This document shows positions 1-14,458 of a stretch of DNA of 64,000 nucleotides, in pieces. How positions within the stretch are numbered: position 1 is the stretch's first letter; every line of letters begins with the position of its first letter. The notes beneath the pieces are model-generated. The model was not told the origin of the DNA. It saw only the letters and a list, made by a program, of their open reading frames with translations, and made no database searches. Source of the DNA: Octopus bimaculoides (taxonomy: Eukaryota); contig NC_068992.1 in NCBI RefSeq assembly GCF_001194135.2, positions 50,870,335-50,934,334 on the forward strand. Direction: 5' to 3'. A program made the position numbers and the translations under genes.

Positions 1-565
1 TGCATACATACACACATAGGTATATATATACGTATGTATGTATATATCTATATATATATATATATATACATATATATGGTTACATATTTGTATATGTGTG
101 TGTGTGTGTGTACATGTACGCACGTACATAAATATTAATACGCGTTCATGCGTGCCTTCTAAACATCGTTTTCTTGCTCATATTTCTTTCACACAATATA
201 AAATGGTCATATTTTTACCAGAAGCACAACAGATTTGCAGAATCAAACGTTATATTTTGATTTTATAGTTATGTTGTTCTCCTTCTCCAAATAAACTGTT
301 TGCTACCTCCAAATATATAAGCTAGTCGAATAAAATGCAAGTGTTTCACGTGTATGTTGAAAAACATTGCTAGCTTCACAACCATATTACATTGCTCTAT
401 AACAATCGACTTGATACGTTCGAATTCATCTAAGAACAGAATCATAACGCTTTCTCCCAATACTTTATTGGTGATCTTTCTCCGACACCAAGTTTTATGC
501 TTTATTTCCAAAAATGTCGGCTTTGGGGATTAAAATACTGTAACATTTTCCAAGCCAGGATGCTG

Positions 566-574
566 AAGGTAAGC
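566..574 (+). other. Consensus 5' splice donor (AAG|GTAAGC), probable end of a 5'-UTR exon
   Basis: Near-perfect donor. Joining it to the 1060 acceptor gives stops in all three frames before ATG 1097, consistent with a non-coding leader. A short uORF MLKKYLVDSHPRHH* would start at ATG 560. Confidence 0.4.
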
Positions 575-1096
575 ATTGATACAAAAAAATCATTTCTTCA
601 GAGCCAAGATAATGCCACTTACGCGTATAGATTTTGTACCAATTACTCACAGGGACGGCACAATAATTTGTAACCCGGCCGCAATGACATTACCTATCCA
701 AATCTTTGTAGCGAAACATGATTCAATAGAGATGTCCCACTTGGTGCCAACATATAACTACAACTACTTGTTAAATTCAGTGCTCTTTTTCCTTTTAAGA
801 AGCCAACACAATTTGCTTCATTATCGAAATCTAATAACTGCTCTGTGTTTTAGACATTACATAATTTGCTCCAATCTACATTTTATAAATTCAAGAATCT
901 CAATATAAAAGAGAAAAATCTAACAATTATGGTAGATGTCTTTTGATTAACAGGAAAGTTTCTTGAATAATAATTCTCCTAAAAAGCACGAATGTGTAAA
1001 TGTGTATGGAAGCAAACATTATCTAATCTAGCAGTTTCCCCTTTCTCTTTCTCTCTCAGAAATATTTAGTTGATTCCCATCCGAGACATCATTAAT

Positions 1097-1160
1097 ATGA
1101 TTTTGGCAGCAACACTTGTCGTTGTTGTAATTCTCGTTTATACAGCTGAAGCTTTACAAG
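1097..1160 (+). CDS. Probable first coding exon (exon 1060-1160) encoding a signal peptide, MILAATLVVVVILVYTAEALQ|G; rest of gene not identified
   Basis: Long polypyrimidine tract and CAG acceptor at 1040-1059. ATG at 1097 has A at -3 and an upstream in-frame stop. 21 codons form a hydrophobic core followed by A-E-A, matching an A-x-A cleavage motif. Phase-1 donor AAG|GTATAT at 1161. A consensus donor AAG|GTAAGC at 569 upstream fits a 5'-UTR intron. Confidence 0.55.
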
Positions 1161-1520
1161 GTATATAATATATACATTATTTTCGATAACACTCGACTAG
1201 AAGGAAATCGTGTTTACAAAGAGAAACCCAAGATTGAGAACGGAAATATTATCAGTGTAATGTTTTTAAATACATCGATATAATTTGTGTGAATGAAGAA
1301 TGCCAAAGCAAGCATAGAATTGTGTTCATTTACCTAACTATAATAGAATTGTCTGGAGCACTGTCATCAAATCAAGTTTGTACCAAGATGGTTTATTATT
1401 GATAAAACGTTGAACAACTGAAGAATGCAAGTTCTTAGTTCTATCTGTCTAACGATATTGTATTAGTGTACATAATGGAGTTGCAAATTTTGTCCTGTAA
1501 AGAGATGTTTTCTTTATGCC

Positions 1521-1564
<44 letters not shown>

Positions 1565-4500
1565 AATTTTGCAGTTTTAAAGATATCTCATGCATCTTGA
1601 CCATGATCGAACAAACTAAAAAGGACCACATACCCACACATTGTGTTTGTCTCCAAATATAACTGCGCGTATATCTCTAGGATTCCTTATCTTTGTATCT
1701 CTCTGCACTTCAAAATACTATCATTGTTATTGAAACCCACTTTAAGCTCCAAGTGTGTGCGTTAGTGTTTAGATATCAGTCGTTTGCATACATACTTCGA
1801 TTTACCCAAAGGCAGTCGATAGATGTATAACCATACAATCGTCTGAAAGAAAAAAAAAAGGAAGCAGAATATAATTTACTTAATGTAAATGTAACAAACT
1901 GTCTTGAGGCTAAACACTAGTCACTTGACTATTGTTTAAGTCAGTTTATATCTCGAAAAATACTGATTAATATATTAGTTTTATTATTGAATAATCCAAC
2001 GAAAGAAGTAATTCTCCATTACATGACCATATGTTCAGGATTTCAAAGAACATAATGCTTCATTTTCTACAAGGATTCGGCTGGCAGAGGTCTCGTAGTG
2101 CGCTATAAATCGGATCGGACAACTGAACAATGTCATTCACAATTACATCTAAAATAAATTTGTTCACGAACATAAGAAATCTAGTAACACTAACCATCGA
2201 GTCATTAATACCACACATTAAAAAAAAAAAGCCAAAGAAGTAAACTTTCACCCACCCATAAGCTCCACGACGTAAAATATACAACCAATCAACGCAAGTG
2301 CACTCGCTTCCTTAAACTTCCATATATTATCGAGACTACTACCACCAGCATTTGTAGAGGGGGGGGTAGATTTCAGGATGATCCACACTGCTTTCTCCTT
2401 ACGTTGACTCCTTGCCCAGACACAAGTCACTAAAACCAACAATGCGCATATGCTAATAAATCGCTCTCTTGGTGCTTATGCAATGATTTCGGTACCTCCA
2501 TAGCTCAATGCAGATATGGATTGAAGAGAACCTACATACATGCACTTACACTGTAAACAGTTTCTTATACATATGACTAAACGGTGAAGTAGAAATATCC
2601 AACTTAGTCATTGAACGGAAGATAGGTATCTTAAGAATCAAGGCGACCATTCTGATTAGGCATCACAGTGAAGAAGTCAGCGATAGAATGAAACTGATTC
2701 TCATGAACTATATGATTTAAGAAATAATTTTCCTGAAATCTCACAAGGATTGACGAGATATTACAGGATCATTAACAGCCTGTATGAAATGTTTAATGTT
2801 CATTTCTCTTTGTTTGCATTCACTGATATCTCCCTTACATATTTTTGTAAGTAGTCACCTGCATTGTTCGAAAGTTTTTACAAATATCTATTTCATTCTC
2901 ACAATGCTTCAAACAAATTACAGTACTTTGGTATACCTTACTCCTGCTAATGTAAGATTTATTGAATTTATGCAATTTGATTTTGAAACAAGTTTGGAAT
3001 TAAAATCATGACACAAAATGTGATTCTAAATGTAAAAACGAAAAGTTCTAACAATGTCACAAATCCAATCATTCGATTAAAATATCCGAATGTGTTCTCT
3101 GGTACTTTCAATTGTTACAGTATTTGATCAAAAAGTAAATATTTGTTCTTATATATAACTAATTTACTAATTCTCTCTATGATGACAAAAGTAAATTTCC
3201 TTGAGTCTATTATTCATTATAACAATGGCATACTTTCGCCATTCGAATCCAGCCGTTTAGAGCTATTGCACATATATATTTTTCAACTTTGTCTTTATAT
3301 TTATAGTGTATCTCCATCAAATCAATCCTGGCTTTTATAGCTACTGTATATCTTCATCATTTGCCGACCGCATCGGTCTTGGAGATTGGCTGAAGCCATA
3401 GGCACAACCATGTACTTCCTAACCAGACCAATTCAAAAATGTCTACCTCTTAGAATATGCCCATCATTCCAGTTTTCTCATTCTTATCTATAGTATATCT
3501 CCGCCACTTCAGCTCTAACTTTTCAAATCTAGACAGTAGTGTCTGGTGATTAAATTCTTAATGGAAGCAAATTTATAAAAATGAAGAATTATCAGTAGAG
3601 AAATCAAGAAGCAAACGAAAGAAATTGCAAATTCCTCGACATTTCTTATTTATATTCTTGTATTTTCCTTTAGTTCTAACTAAATCATACTATTTCTTTC
3701 CAAACATAGATCTTTCAAAGATAGTATTAGTTTCTGGTGATTTATTTCTTCATATTCAATGTATATACCGAATCTGTGAAAAACACTTGTCAATTTTGGC
3801 TCTTATGTAATACTTTGCAAAATTATAAACAAATTTAAGAGATATACGGCATTTTAATCTATATCGCCGCCATTAATAGAAAGATGTTGCTTCTTTACAT
3901 CCATCATCTTCCTACTTAATAATCTGTTTGGCATTAAGTATTTCAGTAAATACATAGTGCTATATGGTTACATTACAAGTTGACTTGCTTTGGAATTTAA
4001 AGACATTGATTCGATGAATATATCTATTTTCATGAATTAAGTCAACTCCTCGAAGCAATAATCTCACTATATGTACGGGTGGAAAATGTCTATGGATGTA
4101 AGTTTATGTATGTGTGTATGTCTGAATTCGTGCATGTAATTATTTTTCTCTTTTTCTCTGTCTCCCCGCATCTATATATGCACAAACACACACACACACT
4201 CACGCACATACACACACAAACAAGTGTTTGTATATAAGGTCCCAGCTACAATACTCATAAAAAAGGCACTCGGCTCTCGATAGTGAGTACTGGCATATAC
4301 TTCTAAACTCTGCTCACGTACAGTACATACAGACACATACGCGTGTGTTTGTTTCGATGCACACACACACACACATACACACATACACACACATACACAC
4401 ACGTACATGTTAGGCGCAATATGTTTATTCCTATTTCTCTGGAACTACGTATACATTTGTGTCAAGTGTGTTGATTGTGACATGTTGCATTCAAGTCAAT

Positions 4501-6197
4501 TATTGAGAAACATTAAGTAAGATCGACCAGTATTTTGAACTTTTCAATTTTAATCAAAATGAATTGGTCTTATTTTTGATTAACAAATAGTTGCATCTCT
4601 CAACTGTTTATATACAATTCGCAAATATCTATATGCATTAAGTGAATAAAAATATAATATACTTATTTATAGCATTTGTTCCTTTTTGTAAATATTTTTG
4701 CTATTTCTCAAGTTAAATAGTAATTTCGGAGCCAACAGCTGCGAGTTGTTTTGTGCTTAGAAAACTAAAATTTCGTAGAGTTAAACTCACTATCCGGTTT
4801 TTCATAGTAACTGACCATAACGCACACCTCCAGGACATAGAGAAGTTTGGTAATAATCTGTTAACATATTTACAGAAAGAAGTATAACTACATTATTCGT
4901 ATTACAGTGTATATAATTTAGAAACTTGAAAGGTAGNNNNNNNNNNNNNNNNNNNNNNNNNNNNNNNNNNNNNNNNNNNNNNNNNNNNNNNNNNNNNNNN
5001 NNNNNNNNNNNNNNNNNNNNNNNNNNNNNNNNNNNNNNNNNNNNNNNNNNNNNNNNNNNNNNNNNNNNNNNNNNNNNNNNNNNNNNNNNNNNNNNNNNNN
5101 NNNNNNNNNNNNNNNNNNNNNNNNNNNNNNNNNNNNNNNNNNNNNNNNNNNNNNNNNNNNNNNNNNNNNNNNNNNNNNNNNNNNNNNNNNNNNNNNNNNN
5201 NNNNNNNNNNNNNNNNNNNNNNNNNNNNNNNNNNNNNNNNNNNNNNNNNNNNNNNNNNNNNNNNNNNNNNNNNNNNNNNNNNNNNNNNNNNNNNNNNNNN
5301 NNNNNNNNNNNNNNNNNNNNNNNNNNNNNNNNNNNNNNNNNNNNNNNNNNNNNNNNNNNNNNNNNNNNNNNNNNNNNNNNNNNNNNNNNNNNNNNNNNNN
5401 NNNNNNNNNNNNNNNNNNNNNNNNNNNNNNNNNNNNNNNNNNNNNNNNNNNNNNNNNNNNNNNNNNNNNNNNNNNNNNNNNNNNNNNNNNNNNNNNNNNN
5501 NNNNNNNNNNNNNNNNNNNNNNNNNNNNNNNNNNNNNNNNNNNNNNNNNNNNNNNNNNNNNNNNNNNNNNNNNNNNNNNNNNNNNNNNNNNNNNNNNNNN
5601 NNNNNNNNNNNNNNNNNNNNNNNNNNNNNNNNNNNNNNNNNNNNNNNNNNNNNNNNNNNNNNNNNNNNNNNNNNNNNNNNNNNNNNNNNNNNNNNNNNNN
5701 NNNNNNNNNNNNNNNNNNNNNNNNNNNNNNNNNNNNNNNNNNNNNNNNNNNNNNNNNNNNNNNNNNNNNNNNNNNNNNNNNTATATATATGTATATATGT
5801 ATATATGTATATATGTATATACACATAATGTATTCATATGTTTACGTACACATATGTGTGTGCGTGTGAGTATCTTTGTGATTGTGTGTTTGTGGTCGTG
5901 AATGATTGTAACAGTGTACAAGATGAATACATCGTCTTACCGCTTACTACTCGAAGTCAGTGACAAGATGTAGTCCTTTATATGCTTTTGTTTACTACTC
6001 ATATCTTCCTACGAAATGTCGTTGCTTGACATTTAAACGGATCATTGATACTGCGTAAGTAATGTTGCAGCTACGAAGACTGTCCACGTTCCCTCTGTCA
6101 CCCCTACCTCTTTCTCTCTGTGTACATATCTAACTGTGCACATCGATCTATGTATACTTATATACATGTATATAAATATTTATATATNNNNNNNNNN

Positions 6198-6229
<32 letters not shown>

Positions 6230-6719
6230 AACAATGTAATATATGTATACATATACGCATATTCGCATGTATATATATATATGGTATATGTATGTTGTAT
6301 GAAAATACATCACGACAGCATCTGTGTAGATGAAGTAGTAATTATATTGCTTAAATGTTAAAGAATGACATTTTGACATTTCGTAAAACGAGTGTAAAAC
6401 TATAAAGAAAAGAGGAGAAAGGACTGCGTTCATACGGTAAGTGATAACATAATGTAGATATATTCACCTTGTAAAATGTTATAGCTCTGCATGCAGCCCT
6501 CTAATGCGTAATACATGCCTACATACGTACGTACATACAAAGATACATATACACATACATACATGCATACTTACAAGCATGCAATCACTCATATACGTAT
6601 ATATGTATTATTTATTAAAGCCGAAAAACGTCTTCAAAAACGTTTTCTGACGAATCATTGGCTTTAATAAATGTATTGCTCCACTTTTGGTATTCGAGTA
6701 CATTTTTTCTGCCTAACCT

Positions 6720-6736
6720 CTTTCTTCCTCTCTCTC

Positions 6737-6802
<66 letters not shown>

Positions 6803-7070
6803 TCCGTTGATTGTTTTCAACCATCATCATCACCAGTACGACCACCATCGCCACCACAACTGCCATACACACACCATTCAGACTTCTGACACCACCACCT
6901 TAACCAACATCAACACGTTTGACTTCGCCGCATTCCACTCTGTCACCATCACCACTGACTTTCACATCCCTTACTTTCACCGTCATGCTTGACCGCCTCA
7001 TCCACCACCACCACCATTACCACCACCACCTCACCACCACCACCACCACTACCACCACCACCTCACCACC
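6720..7070. repeat. (TC)n microsatellite followed by ACC/CAT-rich low-complexity tract running into a gap
   Basis: Read directly from the sequence. Confidence 0.9.
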
Positions 7071-8053
7071 NNNNNNNNNNNNNNNNNNNNNNNNNNNNNN
7101 NNNNNNNNNNNNNNNNNNNNNNNNNNNNNNNNNNNNNNNNNNNNNNNNNNNNNNNNNNNNNNNNNNNNNNNNNNNNNNNNNNNNNNNNNNNNNNNNNNNN
7201 NNNNNNNNNNNNNNNNNNNNNNNNNNNNNNNNNNNNNNNNNNNNNNNNNNNNNNNNNNNNNNNNNNNNNNNNNNNNNNNNNNNNNNNNNNNNNNNNNNNN
7301 NNNNNNNNNNNNNNNNNNNNNNNNNNNNNNNNNNNNNNNNNNNNNNNNNNNNNCAGCGTCGCCTGCGCCTCTGTCACAACTATAACTCATACTATTACTC
7401 TCACCCCATTACCGTCTGAACTGTCAATCTACTACCGCCCTCACCGTCTCTATGCCAATTATTACTCTAACCCCAGCAAGAGGAGTAGAAGTAGTGTCAT
7501 TGAATAGTGAGAGAGAGAGGGGGTCAAAGTGAGACACACTGACAGAAATTCGTTTTGGCATTTATTATTATAGATTACACGCGTTCGATTGAAAACTAGC
7601 AGAAAGAGATACTCTTTGCAACCTTCATTGTATGCTTTCCCACAAGACATTTTGTCAAAAATATTTATGGGCACATTCAGAATTTTTTCATTTGTGGAAA
7701 ATTTCCCAGTTTAACAGTCAGATTTTCAAGTTTTTCGCCTTATAAATTTCGTACGAAGCAAAATACAAATGTCGAAGTAAGTTTCCTACAGCAAATGAAA
7801 ATATGGCATTTAATGATTTGAAAACAATTTTGGAGAGCCGAAATTTGTATAATATAAAGTATGGACAATTTAACATTTGACTCTCATTATTTACTATGCG
7901 AATATGGATATATGTCTTTTTATGTGACCGATAATATCCATTTAAATCAACAGTAAACTACAAATGTACATATCGTGAATGAGATTTTAAAATGTGTGTG
8001 CCTAAGTATACCAATCAAGATTCGTCTGGAAATGTATGCAAAGTGATGCTTAA

Positions 8054-8057
<4 letters not shown>

Positions 8058-8124
<67 letters not shown>
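8058..8124. repeat. (TCTA)n microsatellite; similar arrays at 24777-24842, 27340-27424 and 35142-35200
   Basis: Read directly from the sequence. Confidence 0.95.
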
Positions 8125-8126
<2 letters not shown>

Positions 8127-8908
8127 ACACACACATATATTTATATGTATATATAATAAGAACATATGTATGAATAGACACATACAAGTATGTACATACA
8201 TATATACAAATATACACGTATTTTTGTGTTTTACTACTATATCTCCGTTTATAATTTTGTGCTGCAAGCTGTAGATTTGTGGTAATGGGGAGATTATGTA
8301 TGATCAATTTCCGTAAATAGAATTTTCAAATACAGTAACGCAATACTCAACGCGGCTACCAAAAGCGCAAATACAGAATATTAGAAGCACATACCGACAT
8401 ATATCAATAAATATGTGTATGCATGCATGTATGTATGTGTGTATGTGTGTGTATGTATAAATTGATAAAGACATACATAAATTGTTATAAAAATATAGAT
8501 AAGCACATAATATCCCCATATATGTATGTAGGTACGAATGTATCTGTTCAAATGCGTGCAGAAATGAGATGTGCTTATGCAAGCATTGATACAAGTTTTA
8601 TTCTTATATAAATTATTAATGGGTGAAGGAACAGAAGTTCATGTAATGTTTGTTCTTGTCTCTTTACTTTTTTTATAATTCATCATTTTTCTTCAACATG
8701 TCTCATCCATTACTTGAAATCGTCAATCATTTTTTAAAAAGAGTAGATTCTAGAAGTTATCTCGAAAACTAATATGATCAGGAGAATTACCAAAACGTGA
8801 AATTCGTCGCCGTAGGCGTATATAAATGAAAGTTATATACATAGATTCATGCAAATATATATACACATATATATAAATACACACGAGCACACACACATAT
8901 ATATATAC

Positions 8909-9060
8909 GGCCAAGTGGTAAGAAACTTGCTTCCCAATCACAAAGTTCTAATTTCAGTCCCCCTGCATGGCACCTAGGGCAGTTGTTTTCTACTATATAG
9001 CCGGACCGACAAAAGCCCCGTGAGCGGATTAGGTGCACAGAAGCTAAAAGACGCTTGTCG

Positions 9061-9101
<41 letters not shown>

Positions 9102-9299
9102 NNNNNNNNNNNNNNNNNNNNNNNNNNNNNNNNNNNNNNNNNNNNNNNNNNNNNNNNNNNNNNNNNNNNNNNNNNNNNNNNNNNNNNNNNNNNNNNNNNN
9201 NNNNNNNNNNNNNNNNNNNNNNNNNNNNNNNNNNNNNNNNNNNNNNNNNNNNNNNNNNNNNNNNNNNNNNNNNNNNNNNNNNNNNNNNNNNNNNNNNNN

Positions 9300-9344
<45 letters not shown>

Positions 9345-9590
9345 TTCAATCTAGATATATATGTGTGTGTGCGTATGCGTGTGTGTGTGTGTGTCCCGCT
9401 TCTGCTTGATAACCGGTGCTGGCTTATTTATGTCCCTGTAACCTAGCGGATTAGCAAAAGTGTGTGATAGAAGTTCTATAGTTAAAAAAAAGTAAAGTAC
9501 TAGGAGAGACTTGTTTGACTAAAACATTCGCTGCATTATCCAAATATGGTAATTGTGCAATGGCTAAAACAAGTAAACGATGAAAGATAG
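8909..9590 (+). mobile_element. tRNA-derived SINE, family A (possibly MetaSINE-like central domain), degenerate and spanning an N-gap
   Basis: A-box-like GGCCAAGTGGTAAG head, then GGCACCTAGGGCAG..CTACTATATAGCCGGACCGACAAAAGCC..GTGAGCGGATT. The 3' part after the gap (GCTTGATAACCGGTGCTGG..TAACCTAGCGG) matches the copies at 41.0, 58.5 and 63.2 kb. Confidence 0.8.
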
Positions 9591-11509
9591 ATAGATAAAT
9601 AGATATATAGTTAAGCAAACAGAAAGATATTTAAATTGGTAAAGAGAGAGAGTGAGCGATAGAGACAAAGAGACAGAACGCGAGAGAAGTGAATAAATAA
9701 ATTTAGAAAGAAAAATCTGTGGACTTTCTATTACACGCACACATATATTATTAGTTACATATATAGGGGATAAAATTGTTATGTAATTTATTTCTACGAA
9801 AGCATGTAAACAAGCACGAATACCATTCTAAATACAAACATGTAGACAGAATTTTCTATATTCTGTAGACTTATAATTACTTATCCGCACGCTTGCTCTC
9901 GTACATAAATGTATACATATACTACACACTCACGTATGTTCTACGCACACGCACACGCACACGCATATAAATAACTACAGGCTTATGATTGTATGCATGT
10001 CTGTGTGTCTCTCTGTATGTTTTCTGAGAGAAAAACCTGCGACACTTACAATATTCGATAATGTAAACTAGTTTTTCTTTTCGAGTTTATGCTGTTCATG
10101 TTCAGAGAGTGGGATTGGATTTGTGCAAATCCTTCCCCCACTTAAAAAAAAAAACCCATCATAATATACAGACATCGCTTGAAAAAACAGTAAGACCTAT
10201 TGATTCATACACACACATACACACAAAAGCACACACACACACACACATACCATATGTTATATGTAGTCAATGCACTAAAAGGAAATAATGAAATGGGTGC
10301 AAAATTTAAGCTATATCACAACAATGAAATTTATCAATTATAATTTTGCTATCGTCTTAATATTGATGTACTGTAAATAAGGTAACAAGTATACATTTTG
10401 TGTTCGGCGGATGATGTTCATTGAGGAGCAGATCCTCTTCTTTCTTTTGCAGATGATAAATGTGCTGCATATCAGAGAATAAGATTTTGTCTTTAAGGTC
10501 AAGAATCAGTTGTCGATCCTCATCGAAGGTTAGATCAAATGTGAATATAATCATGCCATTAAACAGTTGTTAAGGTCAAACGAAAAATATTTTAAATTCA
10601 AATGTTAATGAGATGGATATTTTATTTCAAGCATTTTAAAGATTTTTCATCAACTGATGTTGTGATGGATCTAGTTTTCATAGGTTATCCGAAGTTTCAC
10701 AGTCGTGAAAAGGGAGAAGTTGTGAAACGAAGGTTTCAAATTAATTCATATTCCATCAACCAATTTATTTCTGTTTTTAAGAGCCTTATTTGTACTGTTA
10801 TAAATCTAAAATAAATTATTATCTGCCTAGTAGTAATTATCATAATAATTACCACGTCCAAAAACAGGCTCTGCAATCTCGTTTTTATTGATGTTCGAAT
10901 TATTGCCCATCAAAATGTTTAACTCATTCGTCAGGACGTCAACGAGGCATTTCATAAAGTGTTCATAATTACACGAAATGAAGTAAAATGAAAGAGACCG
11001 CAGTGAACTGTGACGAATATTGAAATGATCTTCTACACCACGTAAAGTGTGATTGGTCAGCAACATTTTCACTGTTTGCACGTGCTTATCAGAAAATCTC
11101 ATTATGATTCCACATAAATATTGTACAATGCTACACTCACCAAATGCGAGTCAATTTGCCTGTATTTCTAAAGATACACGAATCAAATTGGAGTTAAAGT
11201 AACAAAATACGTTGAAAACTAAAAGAAGATTATGACATTTGTTATAGTCCCAACCTGGTCTTTGGAGGCCTTTGTTTACATGAGAGACAGATATGGGTAA
11301 ACTCCATCTTGAACACCTCCTATTCCACATCTGTATGCCAAAAGCTATGTGGAGATCGAGTAGTCCAACAACTTGGTTACTATTGTAGAGCAGTATCACA
11401 TTCACACACATACACAGATACATACATATATAATGCATAATGCACTTTTGTTCAGATATTTATATATACATATACGTGCATATGTATATATATATATATN
11501 NNNNNNNNN

Positions 11510-11581
<72 letters not shown>

Positions 11582-12163
11582 GAAGAGAAACAGAGATAGA
11601 GAGAGAGAGGGAGCGGGTAGGAAGTTATATGCTGTTATAAAATATAATACGTCAAATCTAATGCTATAGTCACTACATCTAATTAATTCTGAAATTATGG
11701 CTACCATGTCATGACTTGTCAGAAAGAAAGAAAAAAACATTTCGTTTTCTTGAATAACCCTTATCTACAAGGGTGCAAGAAATATGCTGTTCTGTGTGCA
11801 TAACAGGAATATGTTATGACATTTCCTACGTAAATATGAATCAAATTCTTGGAACTCTCTACACCTCTTCATTTCTTTACCTGTATTCTATCTCATTTGA
11901 TTTATCTCAATAAATCATATTAAGAGAAGCGCGTTCTATACTACTACTACTACTATTGCTGCTGCTGCTGCTGCTTTTACTACTCCCTCTGCGACTAACG
12001 CTGGCCATTTTGCTGCTTCTGTTGCTGCTGTTGCAGTTATTTCGCTTCATTTTCAAAGATCTTGTCCTTCATTATCGTTTAGCAGTGTTAGTCTTATAAT
12101 ACAGACGCACATGATATCGACAAACTAAATAAACACAAAGTAGTGCTATCCTTCCTGTTAATA

Positions 12164-12525
12164 TGGTTGCCACTCCGTCGCTTACGACGTCGAGGGTTCC
12201 AGTTGATCCGATCAACGGAACAGCCTGCTCGTGAAATTAACGTGCAAGTGGCTGAGCACTCCACAGACACGTGTACCTTTAACGTAGTCCTCGGGGAGAT
12301 TCAGCGTGACACAGTGTGACAAGGCTGGCCCTTTAAATTACAGGTACAACAGAAACACGAAGAAAGAGTGAGAGAAAGAGGTGGTGAAAGAATACAACAG
12401 GTTTCGCCACCACCGCCTGCCGGAGCCTCGTGGAGCTTTAGGTGATTTCGCTCAATAAACATTCACAACGCGTGATCCTACGACCGCGAGTCCGCTGCCC
12501 TAACCACTGGGCCATTGCGCTTCCA
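12164..12525 (-). mobile_element. tRNA-derived SINE, family C, near full length
   Basis: The reverse complement begins GGAAGCGCAATGGCCCAGTGGTTAGGGCAGCGGACTCGCGGTCG (tRNA-like, A-box). It matches the plus-strand copy at 60657-60838. Confidence 0.85.
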
Positions 12526-14405
12526 CTCTGTTAATATACATCAGTGCTTTAATAACTGCGCAGGCGATAAACAATTAAACAAATGAAATCATACGTGTAC
12601 AATTCAATATATGCTAACTAACACATACTTTACTCTAGTATAAAGTAATATATGCCAATGCATAAGTACAGATAGAATTTACAAATAACATACAGATACT
12701 TACATGNNNNNNNNNNAATGCATAAGTACAGATAGAATTTACAAATAACATACAGATACTTACATGCAAATACATACATACATACATACATACATACATA
12801 CATACATACATGCAAAGCCAAATTGCTTTGTACGACATTATGCAAATGGTACATGAACCATCTGCTTGTATGCCACAACGTTTCATACCACTACAACCTG
12901 TCCACCAACTCTAAACGATCCTTGACAAACATGCGCACGCATTATTTTCATTAATAATCGACATGCAGTATGACTGAAGGGTTCTAGAGTCACTGTATTT
13001 TTTAGCTGAGTTTTGAAATTTATTTTCCTATTTACGTCAAAAGCTTATGCATATAATAATATATTTGGGGTAGTGTTATTTAATTCAACGTTCTTTTCTC
13101 TGAAATCTTTCTTCTGTCGCATAGGTTCTTTTTGAAATTATTACCATTCCACTTTCATGAATAGACTACATGAAGAAAAGGTAATCGAACACTTAAGATT
13201 AACACTACATTTTGTAAAACGATCTGTAGATTGGTTTTTATTTTTCTCAAGAAACTCAAAATTTTTCGTCTTATGAATAAAGATACAGTGCTGAAGCTCT
13301 AATTTCTCTAAAATCCTGCTATCGAACTCTCAGCTTCTATGTTAATATACAAATTATTATGTATAACATGATATTGCAGGGAAATTTTTTTCTTTAAAAT
13401 TCAAAAGTTGTTACAAAAAATATCCAGATCATAACACTACTGATATGTATGTCATAGATTCACCTATGCTTGTGTTATGTGCGTTTATACATCGCTTCAA
13501 CGAAAGTAAAATGCTATAAATCTACTTCCCGAGTAACGTTGTTGTCTTTGTTCAATGAATGCTGTATTTTCAGACATTGCTAGTGTCATAATTTTTCTCA
13601 TATTCTAATATTGCCCCAAATGTACCATATTGTATTTCTATTCTGAACTACATATACTTCCCACAATATCTGAAGTGATTGATGAATATAGCTAAGTATG
13701 TTCTGCACATACAACACATTGTGTTTGCCGCTTTATATTTGCAGTGAGTTGCATATTCTCTCAGTAGAGTTTTCTGGAAGTAGCTCATGTTACTTGAATG
13801 GCCCATACAAGATTTGTGTATACAAAGAAAACACTATCAATGCGAGTAATCGATGATTGTTTAAAATAACTGGCTTAACTCTTATTCAAATAATCAATAA
13901 TTTTATTTTTACCGTAACAGTTTTTGTAAAGAATATTTTTCAATAGTTCGATCATGTACCTTTTTTCTGAATTGTTAGTCAGTTTATAATATTTTAAGGG
14001 AAAATTTAACGTGAATATATTTAATGTTTGAAATTAAATAAGCGCTTTACCTTTAACCGTTATCTGTACAAATCTTATTCATAATCTTAAAGTTACACTG
14101 GAATTGCCATAAGATATGCATACATTTACTAAAAGTAATATATTTTGATCGAAACGTTATTATTGATTTATTTAACTACAGCATTACAAATTTATAGAAA
14201 TATTGAAGCAGACTATTTTTCTATTCATACATTCCTGGACGGTAATAACGGTATAAAGGATAATGAAAACTGTTTCAATGAACAACTAAAATCGTCTCCC
14301 GAAATAGGCCCATTATGAATTTATTCCTTATATTTATCGCTTTTAGGTTTCTCCAATAATTTACAAATTAATATCGAAAACGGATCGAATGAATATATAT
14401 ACATA

Positions 14406-14458
<53 letters not shown>

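Noticed and set aside
269-908. 80-aa minus ORF (269-511) and 110-aa plus ORF (576-908)
   Set aside because: No recognisable motifs, non-ATG starts, and lengths within chance expectation for a 64-kb window. The plus ORF lies inside the putative 569-1059 intron.
6617-6665. GCCGAAA...CTGACGA...GGCTTT arrangement suggestive of a type-II hammerhead
   Set aside because: Stem III does not form and a 6-nt insertion separates the core from stem II. It is better explained by a local AAAAACGT duplication.
10357-11102. Two minus-strand open frames (65 and 91 aa) in unique sequence
   Set aside because: They are in different frames with several stops between them, have no compatible splice sites, and show no recognisable family.
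13125-13180. Strong acceptor and donor pair (also 17163-17232 and 25085-25201 on the minus strand)
   Set aside because: All three frames contain stops between the splice sites, so at most these are non-coding pseudo-exons.
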